A stretch of 63,927 nt of DNA, filler included, from Octopus bimaculoides (lineage: Eukaryota), in NCBI RefSeq assembly GCF_001194135.2. It is 5 parts of 5 records of this genome, joined end to end, with 100 filler letters (N's around TTAATTAATTAA, not from the genome) between each part and the next. Parts side by side here need not be neighbours in the genome. Positions count along the whole stretch, not along the records: positions 1 to 21,599 come from NC_068984.1; positions 21,700 to 44,933 come from NC_068985.1; 3 more parts are not named here. One strand, given 5' to 3'. Below are positions 12,261-25,558 of the stretch, one piece after another. Below the pieces are notes generated by a model. The model made no database searches. It saw only the letters and a program-made list of their open reading frames with translations, and was not told the origin of the DNA. How positions within the stretch are numbered: the stretch's first letter is position 1; every line of letters begins with the position of its first letter. A program made the position numbers and the translations under genes.

Positions 12261-12739
12261 GATATTTATTTATCGTTCTTTAAGTCCTGTGATCATTTTG
12301 TGTACCTCCAAGGTACATAAAATAGCCATTAATAACATATTGGAATTGATTGAATTAATTCTACCCCGTCTGTAAAAATTTGTGACCTTATGCAGATGTA
12401 AAAATTTAATATTATGAATTACGGAACGAAAATTACATAATTTGTATAAAGTGGGAATAATAAATTAGTTTATTAATTAATTTCACAATTAATTATTTAA
12501 TTAATTAAATTATTATCTAATTTCATTATTAATTTGATCGTACATCGTAGTACAATACTGAAAACTAACATATTTACACTAAACTTCTTTAACACATATC
12601 TGCTGATAGTACAAAAATTCAAATACATATATTAACATTTAGATTCCTAATTAATTTAAGTCATTTACGTAAGACAGATAATTGTATAGCTAATGGGATA
12701 TAGATAGACAGAATCAGGAAGGGGATAAATAGGAGGGAA

Positions 12740-13560
12740 GGTACACACATACATATATATGAATAGATATATGCACATATACATATGTATACATGCATAT
12801 ATACACACATGCACACAAACACATATACTTATTTATGTGTGTACATATATGTTTGGACGTATATATATATATATGTGTATGCATATGCTTGTGTATATAT
12901 GTATATATATGCATATATGTGTATATATGTATATATATATGCATATATATATATGCATATATATATATGCATATATATATATGCATATATATATATGCAT
13001 ATATATATATACATATGTATATATATATATACATATGTATATATATATATACATATGTATATATATATATACATATGTATATATATACATATGTATGTAT
13101 ATATATACATATGTATGTATATATATACATATGTATATATATATATACATATGTATATATATACATATGTATATATATACATATGTATATATATACATAT
13201 GTATATATATGCATATGTATATATACATATGTATATATATGCATATGTATATATGCATATATATATATGCATATATATATATACATATGTATATGTACAT
13301 TTATATATATACACACATACATTTATATATACACATTTATATATATACACACATACATTTATATATACACATTTATATATATACATGTATATACATTCAT
13401 TTATATATATATATATATACACGTATATACATTCGTTTATATATATATATATATACATGTATATACATTCATATATATATACATATAGATACATTTGTAT
13501 ATATATATATACATTTATGTATATATATATATATACACATACATACACACATATACATTT
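12740..13560. repeat. ~820-bp (TA)n-derived compound satellite with 14-20 bp higher-order units
   Basis: Blocks of atatatatatgc, atatatatacatatgt and atatatacacacatacattt repeated in succession. Confidence 0.95.
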
Positions 13561-14289
13561 GGCGATGGAAACGCAATTAAAATCTTTTTCACCGCAACCT
13601 ATAATCTAGGATAAAGATTTGTAATTTCCTGCTGCAACCAGAAAGGATGGCACTCAATATGAGCTTCAACTCCTCTTTGGTTTTTAATTCCTTCAGTCAT
13701 TGTTATTGCATTTGTCTTCTCTCAACACTTGAAAATGGCCCCAAAAACTCTCTCTGGAATCTTCATAGCAAGGATTCTTCGAATCGTTTAGTTTCTCATA
13801 AATGAAAGGCCATCTTCTATAGATTAGCGTATCATTTTTTTTTTCTTTTATACTTAACACTATGGAAACTGAAATTAGGTTCCGGCCACTAGGTTGAACT
13901 TTTGTAATTTAGAAATGTCGAACAAACACTTTTGAAATATTGATTTGTTTCTTTTTATTTCAGTTTGATTAGATGAGATGAAGTGATATTCATGCATTTT
14001 CTTACGGGTAATTTGAATTTGGGATTTAGATGTATGAAAATATCTTCCAATAAGAATTGAAATCGACGTACAGATTTTTCTCGCTCCAAATTTATCACCT
14101 GATCAATGAACAGAATGTTATTAGTGTAGAAATTCTGATACGCCAGGAAGGCCGCACATGTATTGAAGAGATAAAGTTTATTGAAACCTTCCTATCGTTT
14201 GATTGATATTTAAATTCACCACTCAGAACAATGAAATGAATTTCTGACCCTGACGAGGTTTAAACTCAGAAAGTAGAGAAGCTAAATTG

Positions 14290-14520
14290 AAGACTACGAG
14301 CCCTTTCTTTTCTTATATTGTTTGAAGGTTCGTGCCAGGGTTCGATAATATTATTTGCGGCAAGAAGTGAAAACCAAAGAAACAACACAGCTTTCTCATT
14401 CTCCCCCGTTCTCATACGAAGGGCAAGGTCCCGAAACGTTAAAATTTTAACTTCATATGCATTTTAATCCTCGAAGTCTCTCATGTGAACTAATTCCTCC
14501 GTTGCCGATAGCCATCGCCA
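14290..14520 (+). mobile_element. Penelope-like terminal repeat variant
   Basis: acgaa-GGG-caaggt-CCC-gaaacgtt has the same architecture as the PLE tails at 20750 and 37640. Confidence 0.4.
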
Positions 14521-14732
14521 GTTTTCTCACATTGTCACTTTCCTCCCTACTCCTTGACTTAATGAAATATTTAAAGGTCGCTAAAAATAACAAAAGTGTA
14601 CACTGAACATAAAACAGAAGTCAGGATATCATGGCTATATATTTATTTATTTATTTTATATTTTTATTTATTTATTATTCCATCGTGTTTATTATAGTTC
14701 AAAATATTCCAAATGGTTAACATTTGATTTAG

Positions 14733-14832
14733 GTCATCTCCAAAGAAGTGGGATAATGCAAGCAGACTTGGCAGTTATGCCAGCTGCAATTGAAGGTCGA
14801 ACTCGGGCGAGGTTTGATTCTCATCCTGATTG
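14733..14832 (+). CDS. Candidate 100-nt coding exon (unverified)
   Basis: tttgatttag|GT CAT ... GAT TG|gtaac; open frame (G)HLQRSGIMQADLAVMPAAIEGRTRARFDSHPDW; GC-richer island in AT-rich unique DNA. Protein not recognised. Confidence 0.3.
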
Positions 14833-16069
14833 GTAACATTACTGTCTTGTCATTCAATCCAATTTTATCTTTCCAAGGAAACGGTTCCTGATTGACTGAA
14901 GCAGACGAGATCTAAGATGAGCATCGAGATTTTCTGGAATATACAAAAATAAAGAATATTTCAATATAAATATTACTAAATATTTAACAGTAACAAAAAC
15001 CGTGACTGAAAAATAGCAAGTCCAATGATAAAAATCGAAGCTGCTGTCTCTTACGAAAGAAACGTTTTGTATGCAAGTATAATGCATCACAAAGGCCATA
15101 TAGACTGCTTGTTGAAGATTAACCATTGTTTAAACACGAATATAAGGAAATTATACATACAAGTGTGAACAAATGCAGAGAGAATTAAAAATCTAAAAAA
15201 TGAATATGCGGTGAGTTAAAAAACAATATTTGTCAAAGAGAAATATTTTTTTCTTGTTTTAGAACCATAGAAAAAGCGTTTTTGATGCAACTCCTGCAAC
15301 AAATGTTCTGCAAATTGTACTGATACTATTTTCAATCTTACAAACTAGAGTTTCTAGTCTCATAGACAGCAATTCCAAGTTTTCAAACCTTTAGTTGTTT
15401 ATTTGAGAAATAATGCAAATATTTGATGTGGACACGAAAAATAATTGTATATTGCTTTGCCAACACAGAAGGCAAAAGTGGACATATTTCAGTATTTTTC
15501 TGACCTAATCAGCGAAATATAGCCTTCACTGTACTAGACAAAAAAGTGGTGGAAATACACTTGTAGGAGAGAAAATAGAGTTAAGAAATTAAATAATTTC
15601 GTGACACCAATGTTATGAAAAACAATAGGTGAGATAATGTTATCTTAGGATATTCTACATACAGAGCAGAAAACAGCAAATGGGAAAACGGCAAACAGAA
15701 CTAAGAATTAGGAATAAAGAGAGAAAAATCAGGAATAACTAGAAACTTTTCTTCAGGAAGAAAATAATGAAATTAATGTAAGAAATAGAACTAGAACGTG
15801 TAGAATGATGATCAATGAAGCTGAAACTAATAGAGAAAGAATGAGAATTATTAATGAAGAAAGAAGGCAAAATATGAATAATGATGGTAGGCAACAATAT
15901 TTTGCACAAGCCAGAAAAATAAAATAGGCTATAAGAGAAAAACATTACCGAAAAGAATATACAGAGATTAACCAAAGGATTATGAAAGAAATGACAGGAT
16001 ATTATTACCGAATGTCATTATACCGCAAAATGGCCTGTGAAATTTCCATGAGTATTACTAGAATATTGT

Positions 16070-16295
16070 AGAAAGAACCGCAAGGCAGATTCTTCAAGCC
16101 GAGTCAACTGGTAACAGACTTAGGGGCAGACCAAGAACATGATCGTTGGATAAAATCCATAGTCTCAGCTTGTCACTGGTAGGAATCCGGCCGGAAAGTC
16201 TGATGACAATTGCTTCTGATAAGCCCCTATATGGAGAGGTACCTAAGGACTCTAACCCCACGACCATCCCGGAAATAGAAGGTAAGGATGGATGG
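16070..16295 (+). mobile_element. RTE-like LINE 3' fragment with (GGAT)n tail
   Basis: ERTARQILQAESTGNRLRGRPRT fits the R...Q.L....G.R.RGRP motif; tail ggatggatggatgg. A similar tail lies at 29165-29270. Confidence 0.6.
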
Positions 16296-16384
16296 ATGGA
16301 TGGGTACTACTAGTTAATAATTAATTATTAAAGGAAAATGTTCTTAATTTGAGATACCTGTTTATGGATAAGTTTGACTTGAAT

Positions 16385-16500
16385 AAATTGAGAGTCAACG
16401 ACTATTGGAAAGGTTGCAAGACGCAACGAAAATTTTAGGAAAAATAAATAAATGAGTGGAAACTTTACCGGCGAGTGCGTAAAATAATAAAGCACTAAAA
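16385..16500 (+). repeat. Unclassified interspersed repeat, second copy at 41105-41220
   Basis: gagtcaacgact.ttg.aaaggttg.aagacgcaacgaaa.tttt..gaaaa..aaataa is present at both loci. Confidence 0.6.
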
Positions 16501-17169
16501 GAGAATGACTCTCTCCAGACACAAAAAAATATGCTTCAACACACGAACTCACAGAAAGAATCTTGCGAACCAAATCCAAAAACGAAATTCAGAAACATTA
16601 TTTTACAAATATATCGGCATCAGTTTCTGCACTGTAATGATAGATTTCGCCGCTCTTCCACTATCTTTCACTTCTCCCCCAAAGCTTAAATGAGCAGAAG
16701 AGAAAATACGAGGCAAGGACAGCACCACAAAAAAGAAGTCATACAAAATCGAAGCAGCTTGTCTATGGCTGTTTATAATCAATGCTATTACATGGCCATC
16801 AGATTTAACATTGCGAAAAAAAAATTAAACGTGCACATATATATACACACGTATGCTTGTTCACGCATACACATATACGTATACGCGTGCACAAGAACAC
16901 ATATACATACATACGACCGCACCTGCACACGCCTATGTGAATTTATAAACTTTCAAATTTGTCTAATTCAGCCTTGTATAGTTCAGTTCTGAATTTATAA
17001 ATTTGTAAACAAACATATAAAGCAATGAAAAAAACTCCGCTTTCATACTATTGAATTCTTTATTTAGTTCGATACAACACAAACTCGCGCGCACACACAC
17101 ACACGTATATAACACACACATACATGCCTGTGTACACATATACACGTATATCCACACATCTATATATGG

Positions 17170-17272
17170 GAGAATATACAAAAAATAACAACAGACGAGG
17201 ACAGGTGGTGTAAATAACAAAAGTATATATTAGTATGACGCTCGGGAATACGGAAAGTCTTTGACGTTTCAT
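17170..17272 (-). mobile_element. Penelope-like tail, truncated at GAAACGTC
   Basis: Reverse complement is nearly identical to 37665-37770. Confidence 0.75.
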
Positions 17273-18587
17273 ATATACACATTCGTGCACACATGAATAT
17301 ATGTATATAATACACACACACACACACACAGAGACAACTTTTATATTCTATTGTACATCCACTCCTATGCATAATACATAAATATATATATATATACATA
17401 TATATATACATATGTGTGTGTCTGTATGCGTGTGTATGTATGCGTGTGTGTGTCTCTGTGTGTGTGTGTGTGCTTATGGGCGTGTGCACGTGTATGCATA
17501 TATATATATAAATGTATATGTATTATATATATATATACATTGTATGTATGTATGTATATATGCATGTATATGTATGTATATATGTATGTATGCATATATA
17601 TGTGTGTATGCACACATTTTTATCCGCACGCACGGACGCATGCATACGTACATGCATGCACACTTTTACATCCGTCTATGTGTACATCCATTCGTACACA
17701 TATACGCACGCACACACACACACACACACACATGCACTCTTTCACATTCACCTATACGTTCGTATATGCATATCAATACACACAAACGTCGACTTTCAAT
17801 GGTTGAAGCAGAATTTCAACAGAATCAATTTCATGTGCCTGAGACGATTTACAGAGACCATAGACGTAGTGCCTCCTTCCAGAACAAATTAATAATAAAA
17901 ATAGACCCTGCATATTTGATGATTTGTTATGCATTGTTCGATCAAAGAAAGTTCTAACACATTTCATTTGCGAGTAAGTAGTAGAGCATTCGGAGTCTGG
18001 TCGGGCGGTAAAATGTAAGAGGACCAGTGCATCATATTGAAAGGGCTTGTGGCCCATAAAAAGAAAAGTGTAAGAGGCAAGTGCCTCATTTCAAAGACAT
18101 GATAGATTGAAATTGTAAAATAAGAGATTTATAACCTCAAATTGTAAATTTATGTATAAATTTATAAAAGAACAATGGTTTAGAGAAGCAGAATTCGGCG
18201 GGCGGCTCCTGTCTTCTCCCATTAATACCCTATTATTCATCTCATCTCATTAATGTGTTTGTCCAGCCCGTAGCTACTCTCTATGTACTGCCTTTATGGC
18301 AAATTGAATGAACTAAAGTAGTAGAGCATTCCACAGTCACGTGTACCTTTGACATAATGATCATGCAACGTAAGTACGACAGTGTGTAACAAGGTTTGTT
18401 CTTTGAATCACATATTGGATCCATTCGAAGGGCTATCATTGAGTGTTTTTTTTTACCTTAGGCTTGGAATATCTCATGGCTTTGATAAAAGACGCTCCTA
18501 AAGATTCCTATTGTAGAATCGAATTCGTGTCCTCGTGATCAGAAAGCGAACTTCTTAACCACTCGGCAATATCTGCTCATATGCAAG

Positions 18588-18840
18588 GCAATGAGCTGGC
18601 AGAATCATTACCGCGCCGGGAAAAAGTGCTAAGCGGAATTTCGTCGGTCTTTGCGGTCTGAGTTCAAATTCCGCCGAGGTCCAGTTTACCATTCATCCCT
18701 TCGGAGTCGATAAAAGAAGCTCCAGTTGTGTTCTGAGTTTAAATGGCGCGGGGTCGACTTTGTCTTTCATCATTTCTGGGCGGATAAAATGAGTACCGGC
18801 TGAGGTCGATGTAATCGACTTATTCCCTCCTTTAGCCTTG
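18588..18840 (+). mobile_element. SINE family A copy with duplicated 3' part
   Basis: Family A head and core, followed by a second gttctgagtt..ggtcgactttg segment. Confidence 0.75.
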
Positions 18841-19416
18841 AGCTAAACACTTGAAACCAATATCTACGCATATGGACCAATGCGTACGCATATATACACA
18901 TATGTCTATGCGCAAAAATGCTCACATATTTATACACGCAAACACATGCACACATTCACATATACACAAATGCTCGTGCATGCACATATCTATACACACA
19001 TACACATACTTACACACACACACACAAACAATACCCATACATAGATGCCCATACTTATAGCTATTTCTGCGAATTTACTTGATTGTATACGTGCTGTACA
19101 GATGTGTTGAAATATTCTTGTATATTCATAGAATGTAAGTTGAACACTTTGACGTAGATTTTGTTGAGATAGTATACCAAGTTCGGCACAAAGGTTTCTG
19201 ATTTCGACTTCTTTGCCCGTTTTTAGAATTCATTTCTTCATCCCGTGTGATTGCTAGTAACAGAATTTTACACCGTCTGATCAGATCCAAGATTCAATTC
19301 TCGAAAAATAACATTCTGTTGCAGAAGACATACTTTTGAATCATGATCATGCATGGTTACTTTATAATACGGATTCTCTCTTTCTCTCTCTCTTTCTCTC
19401 TCTCTATCACTCTTCC

Positions 19417-19449
<33 letters not shown>

Positions 19450-19609
19450 TATTAATAAATTTTTACACCGGAAAGATTGTCATTGTTCGGGCTCATTAAA
19501 CATGGCGCAGTAGAGGATGGCAAGCCGGAACTTCGCACTCTTTATCAATCTTTTTTTTGTAAAACTCTGTGTGTGTGTGTGTGTGGAGAGACACGCACAT
19601 GCATAATAC

Positions 19610-20662
19610 ATATATGTATGCATACATAACTATATATATATATGTATGCATACATAACTATATATATATATGTATGCATACATAACTATATATATATATG
19701 TATGCATACATAACTATATATATATATGTATGCATACATAACTATATATATATGTATGCATACATAACTANNNNNNNNNNNNNNNNNNNNNNNNNNNNNN
19801 NNNNNNNNNNNNNNNNNNNNNNNNNNNNNNNNNNNNNNNNNNNNNNNNNNNNNNNNNNNNNNNNNNNNNNNNNNNNNNNNNNNNNNNNNNNNNNNNNNNN
19901 NNNNNNNNNNNNNNNNNNNNNNNNNNNNNNNNNNNNNNNNNNNNNNNNNNNNNNNNNNNNNNNNNNNNNNNNNNNNNNNNNNNNNNNNNNNNNNNNNNNN
20001 NNNNNNNNNNNNNNNNNNNNNNNNNNNNNNNNNNNNNNNNNNNNNNNNNNNNNNNNNNNNNNNNNNNNNNNNNNNNNNNNNNNNNNNNNNNNNNNNNNNN
20101 NNNNNNNNNNNNNNNNNNNNNNNNNNNNNNNNNNNNNNNNNNNNNNNNNNNNNNNNNNNNNNNNNNNNNNNNNNNNNNNNNNNNNNNNNNNNNNNNNNNN
20201 NNNNNNNNNNNNNNNNNNNNNNNNNNNNNNNNNNNNNNNNNNNNNNNNNNNNNNNNNNNNNNNNNNNNNNNNNNNNNNNNNNNNNNNNNNNNNNNNNNNN
20301 NNNNNNNNNNNNNNNNNNNNNNNNNNNNNNNNNNNNNNNNNNNNNNNNNNNNNNNNNNNNNNNNNNNNNNNNNNNNNNNNNNNNNNNNNNNNNNNNNNNN
20401 NNNNNNNNNNNNNNNNNNNNNNNNNNNNNNNNNNNNNNNNNNNNNNNNNNNNNNNNNNNNNNNNNNNNNNNNNNNNNNNNNNNNNNNNNNNNNNNNNNNN
20501 NNNNNNNNNCATAACTATATATATATATGTATGCACACATAACTATATATATATATGTATGCACACATAACTATATATATATATGTATGCACACATAACT
20601 ATATATATATATGTATGCACACATAACTATATATATATATGTATGCACACATAACTATATAT
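19610..20662. repeat. 26-28 bp minisatellite spanning an N gap
   Basis: Unit cataactatatatatatatgtatgcata left of the gap; variant ...gcaca right of the gap. Confidence 0.9.
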
Positions 20663-20699
20663 ATTTTTTGTACAGGCGCGCAAGCAGATAAATATGATT

Positions 20700-20879
20700 G
20701 TATAGTTGCAAATACAGACACGCATACAACTTCGTTTGGTTCTCTCCTTGTTTCTTTCTGTGGAAGAGCGTAGGCTCTAAAACGTTAAAGACGTTTTCAC
20801 TTCCCGGGCGTTATACTAATACATCTGTTTGTTTTCTACACCACCTGTCTTCGTCTTTTGTTCTTTTTTTGTAAATTCT

Positions 20880-20885
<6 letters not shown>
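20700..20885 (+). mobile_element. Penelope-like tail with hammerhead-like motif
   Basis: tcttt-ctgtggaa-gagc-gtag-gctc-taaaacgtt-aaaga followed by the tatactaat...tacaccacctgtc tail. Confidence 0.7.
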
Positions 20886-20929
<44 letters not shown>

Positions 20930-21599
20930 GTACATGCATGCATGAATACATACATGCATGCATACACAAACGCACGCGCACGCACACACTCGCACATATA
21001 TATACTTATAGATTTATTCGTCTCATATTATATTCATAAACATTTTTATATCTAAAGTCGATATCTGTTATATGGGATGAAATACTTATTGATTGGTCCA
21101 GTATTTATTTGTTCACAGAACACAAAGATCCGATATCCTTTTCATATTCATATATCACCTCGAATTAAACTATTTAATTCACGTCTGGTAACAAGAATAC
21201 ATCAATCTGTTCGTAACTAGACCGGAACTACTAAGAGTCTCTGCTAATCTAGATATAATAGTATTGTCAAGAGGATATTGGTCTTGGCAATTTGTTAGTT
21301 TGGTAGTCCGAAGATACTTCGTAAAATTATCATGTATGTATGTATGTATGCGCGAACATTTGTATATCTCTGTATGTATCTGCAGATAAATTCGTTCGTT
21401 TTTTTTTTTTTTTCTTATTTAATCCATTTCAATGTTTGAATAGAAAATATTTATCGCGATAATTTATTAGTTTTCTGAAGCTCTATTTTCCCTTCAAAAC
21501 TTTTTTTCATTGTTTTTGAAATTTGAATATATTCTGTTCGTTACTAAACATATGACAACAGAGTGGTAAGTAGAAAAAAATGTATATCATATATATATA

Positions 21600-21699
21600 N
21601 NNNNNNNNNNNNNNNNNNNNNNNNNNNNNNNNNNNNNNNNNNNTTAATTAATTAANNNNNNNNNNNNNNNNNNNNNNNNNNNNNNNNNNNNNNNNNNNN
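21600..21699. other. Assembly spacer N44-TTAATTAATTAA-N44
   Basis: Exactly 100 bp; the linker has stops in all six frames. Identical spacers occur at 44934, 61522 and 62791. Confidence 0.95.
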
Positions 21700-21740
21700 A
21701 TATACACTTACATATATCTGTATATACATATGCATATATG

Positions 21741-22390
21741 GGCTCAGGATGCCACAGAAAGTAAGCTACATGAAATACAACAACATGGAATACGAAATCT
21801 TTTGCAAACAACGAAAGGAACAAATGGAAGACAAGACATACAACATAAAGAACAACCCTTCATCAGTTGTCGGCTGTTTTTCTAGTCCGTATTTCTAGCA
21901 ATTCAGGACAAGATACACCTTCGACAAAACAGTTGGTCCTACAAAGCAAATTAAATAAAATTTGCGATGTTGCGGAGAGTCAAAGTTGTTAACAAAAACA
22001 AGACAGTCAAAACAAACAGGAAGGGCTGCTAAGCTTAAATGAGGTGAAGTGGCGAACGCTGGAGGAAGAAGCTCTGACAGGAGGCAGACAAGAATGCGTC
22101 TGGTCCCTGCGGCTGATCGGAAGGAAAGAAAGAGATTCAAGTTAGGAAAACGAAGATGGCCGAGAGTTATGTGTGAGCAACAAGAAAGCAAAGGAGGAAG
22201 AGTGAGGGACAGAGGGACAGACAGAGAACGGCGAAGGGGAGAGATAACTAATTTTCAAATAGAAAGGAAATTTAAATCGATTAAAATCAATTGAAATTAT
22301 CGAAAATTAAATTCTATTCAAAAATATAGCTAATCGTCAGATTTTAATCGATTTAAATTTCCTTTCTATTTGAAACTTAGTTATGAAACA
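21741..22390 (-). repeat. Interspersed repeat, Penelope-associated type; related piece at 46940-47125
   Basis: Both loci carry (minus strand) gaaa..gga.tag..aaaacag..gacaactgatgaaggg..gttcttt..gttg..tgtctt. Confidence 0.55.
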
Positions 22391-22949
22391 CGTGTAATCA
22401 TTTTATTATATTTATCTTATGATATTTACTTTGTTTTATATTATACTCATTTATTGTGCTTTTAATTGTTAATTTTTCTATATGTGATAGTGGATTTTCA
22501 TCGATGAGTTCTTNNNNNNNNNNNNNNNNNNNNNNNNNNNNNNNNNNNNNNNNNNNNNNNNNNNNNNNNNNNNNNNNNNNNNNNNNNNNNNNNNNNNNNN
22601 NNNNNNNNNNNNNNNNNNNNNNNNNNNNNNNNNNNNNNNNNNNNNNNNNNNNNNNNNNNNNNNNNNNNNNNNNNNNNNNNNNNNNNNNNNNNNNNNNNNN
22701 NNNNNNNNNNNNNNNNNNNNNNNNNNNNNNNNNNNNNNNNNNNNNNNNNNNNNNNNNNNNNNNNNNNNNNNNNNNNNNNNNNNNNNNNNNNNNNNNNNNN
22801 NNNNNNNNNNNNNNNNNNNNNNNNNNNNNNNNNNNNNNNNNNNNNNNNNNNNNNNNNNNNNNNNNNNNNNNNNNNNNNNNNNNNNNNNNNNNNNNNNNNN
22901 NNNNTATATATATATATATCATATATCATCTATATCTATGACGTTACTG

Positions 22950-23945
22950 ACATCATCAAGCACAGTAACATAAGAATCTTTGCAGATGATTCCAAAATCC
23001 GGAAGGTCATCAATGAAGTGGGTGACTGGGCATGCCTTCAGTCAGATCTACTGACTGTCATCCAATGGGCGGAAAAGAATAATATGCTGCTGAAAGAGGA
23101 CAAATTTGAGTTAATCCAAAAGAACATAACCTGAAATTCCCATACTCCCTTCCTTCAGGTGAAATGCTCATGGCATCCAACAACATCAGAGACTTGGAAG
23201 TAATTGTGGACAACAACATAAGCAAGGCCGCCCATATAAACAGCAAAGTTGACATGGCGCGCAGAATGTATTCCTGGATTCTCAGAACTTTCCAGTCGAG
23301 AGATATCCACACCATTATCCTTCTCTTCTCTACTTTTGCCTGACCCCACCTTGAATATTGTTGTCTACTGTGGTCTCCTCAAATGAAAGAAAGTATCATG
23401 AAACTTGAAGCACTTCAAAGGCCAATTACAAAAACATAGACGGCATGACAGGCCTGTACTATTGGGGCCGACTAGAAAAGCTCAAGCTTTATTCCCTCCA
23501 ACACGACCGAGAATGCCACATCATCTGCATGATGTGGAAAATATTCCATCAGAATTGCCCAAATGATGTTGGCATCGCCTTTAACACACACCCAAGACTT
23601 GGACCCCGTGCTATCCGCCCACAACATAAGTCATACTCACATCATATAACAACAATACGGCACAATTATTTCACCTCAATTGACCGCGCTCTCTTAAACA
23701 TTACACCAAAACATATTAAAGCAGAAACAGACTCCATAAACTTCAAGAAGTCTTTGAACAAATTCCTTCAAAAAATCTCGAATAAATCTCCTACACCCGG
23801 ATATGTTTCCGCAAACAATAACTCTGCCCTCGAGTGGGCCATGTTGTCCGATTCCTGATTTGAATGACTTTGCCAGGTGGTGCTATTAAGTTAGACAAGG
23901 CCTGGGCCAATACTGGCCGAAACCTATCAAAGTATCAAAGTAAGT
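22950..23945 (+). mobile_element. CR1-clade LINE 3' portion (RT C-terminus plus 3' UTR), disrupted
   Basis: ADDSKI...LQSDL..VIQWA..N, PHLEYC..LWSP, LEALQR..TK, Y..RLEKLKLYSLQ are hallmark CR1/L2 motifs; contains stops and frameshifts. Confidence 0.85.
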
Positions 23946-23956
23946 ATGTATGAATA

Positions 23957-23999
<43 letters not shown>

Positions 24000-24866
24000 T
24001 ATATATATATATATATATACACATATATATGCAACGTTTATATGTCTACTAAAAAAGAAAATTTCGTTTGAAATACCACTCTGGCCTGTCGATCATATCA
24101 CCATCTTCACAATATTCACCTGCACACATTCTTTTCCTCTTACTACATCCGTTTTCCGCTATCTAAAGATATTAAGACTGACCTTTAATCTTACACGTAA
24201 TTTTATACAGGTTTTATTTGTTTTTTCCTTATGCATAATTCATAAGAACAGTGCGCAGGCTTAATCGTTATAGACTGTGGTAAAATGATATGCAGTAATA
24301 CTACCTGTTGTTTATGTACAAAGATGAGATCTTGTTGAAATTAACTTAGCTGGTCTCCCTTGATCGATAAAATAAAATACGAGTCAAGTACTGAAGATGA
24401 TTTAGTCGGCTAAATTTCTCCCAAATTTCTGCCTGCATTAGAAACAACTCTATACAAGTCACGTATGAGCTTATTGTTTTAATACATTATTTTCACAGCT
24501 ATTTTATATTAGACATATTTACATGCTGTTCGTCGTAAACCTTTCATTATACATACGTTTAGATGTGTGAGTGTGTGCGTCTGCGCGATGTGTGAGTATG
24601 TGTGTGTGTGTGTACTGCGAAGTATCTGGCTTTGAGTAAAAGAAAATACAGGCGGATCAGTTAATTATGATTTTATTCAACATATTCTCGTCTCAGGTTC
24701 ACACACTTATTGCAACTGATCTTCAGCTTTTCTGATCCCTGTAAAAGAACTCGGAAGGTTGGACCCCACAGCCAGGCCTTTCAGGAGACCATTAAATCCC
24801 GGAGCTTTCAGCACCCCGTCGTATATACGTATGTATGTATATATGTATAGACGTGTGTGTGTCTTC

Positions 24867-24950
<84 letters not shown>

Positions 24951-25558
24951 ATCTGTTAAATTACTTTTAAAACAACTCAGTACCTTTCGTTTTTACAGCC
25001 AATCCATTTCAAAGTTACATTTACGTCTTATTTCTATTATTCCACCGTCTACCTTCCACATACATTCACCATGTGCCATTTGTTGACCATTAAGATTCTT
25101 AGGCCTTTGGAGGAGAGGTGAGATGCTAGACCTTGTACTGAGCCTTCGCTTCTTGATCATAAAGGATGTACAGAGATACTTCGAAGTAGGAGTTAATTTG
25201 ATTATACGAGTTAATTTTTTCCCGGAGATCGCCTGTAAAGCGAAGACTTCTAAAGCAGAGCAATAATTTCTCATAGTAGCAATGACATTTTATGCTGTCT
25301 TTTTACTCTGCGGCTGTGTTTTACTGTGCGGCTGACAAAACTAGTGTTGCGATATGCTGCGACGTTGCCACACACAGAACATGGATGTTTAACCTTTTAT
25401 ATTTTTCACAAAATAAGACTCGTAAATCCGGGGTCTCGTAAAGCGAGTCCTCATAAATTGAGGTATTAAGTACCTGTTTCATCACATACAACGAGACTGG
25501 AACAAACTTTCGTATCGTTATTGGTTTCCAACAGATCTGTGCACACCTCCATACTCAC

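Noticed and set aside
14252-14282. CTGACGA...GAAA hammerhead core
   Set aside because: Stem II closing pair and stem I cannot be formed.
15740-16040. Possible Helitron N-terminal R/E/N-rich segment
   Set aside because: Only compositional similarity; no Rep or helicase motifs.
19686-20570. ORFs of 140-330 aa containing X runs (also 22.4, 37.7, 40.0, 41.5, 48.6, 54.4 and 56.8 kb)
   Set aside because: Length comes from N gaps.
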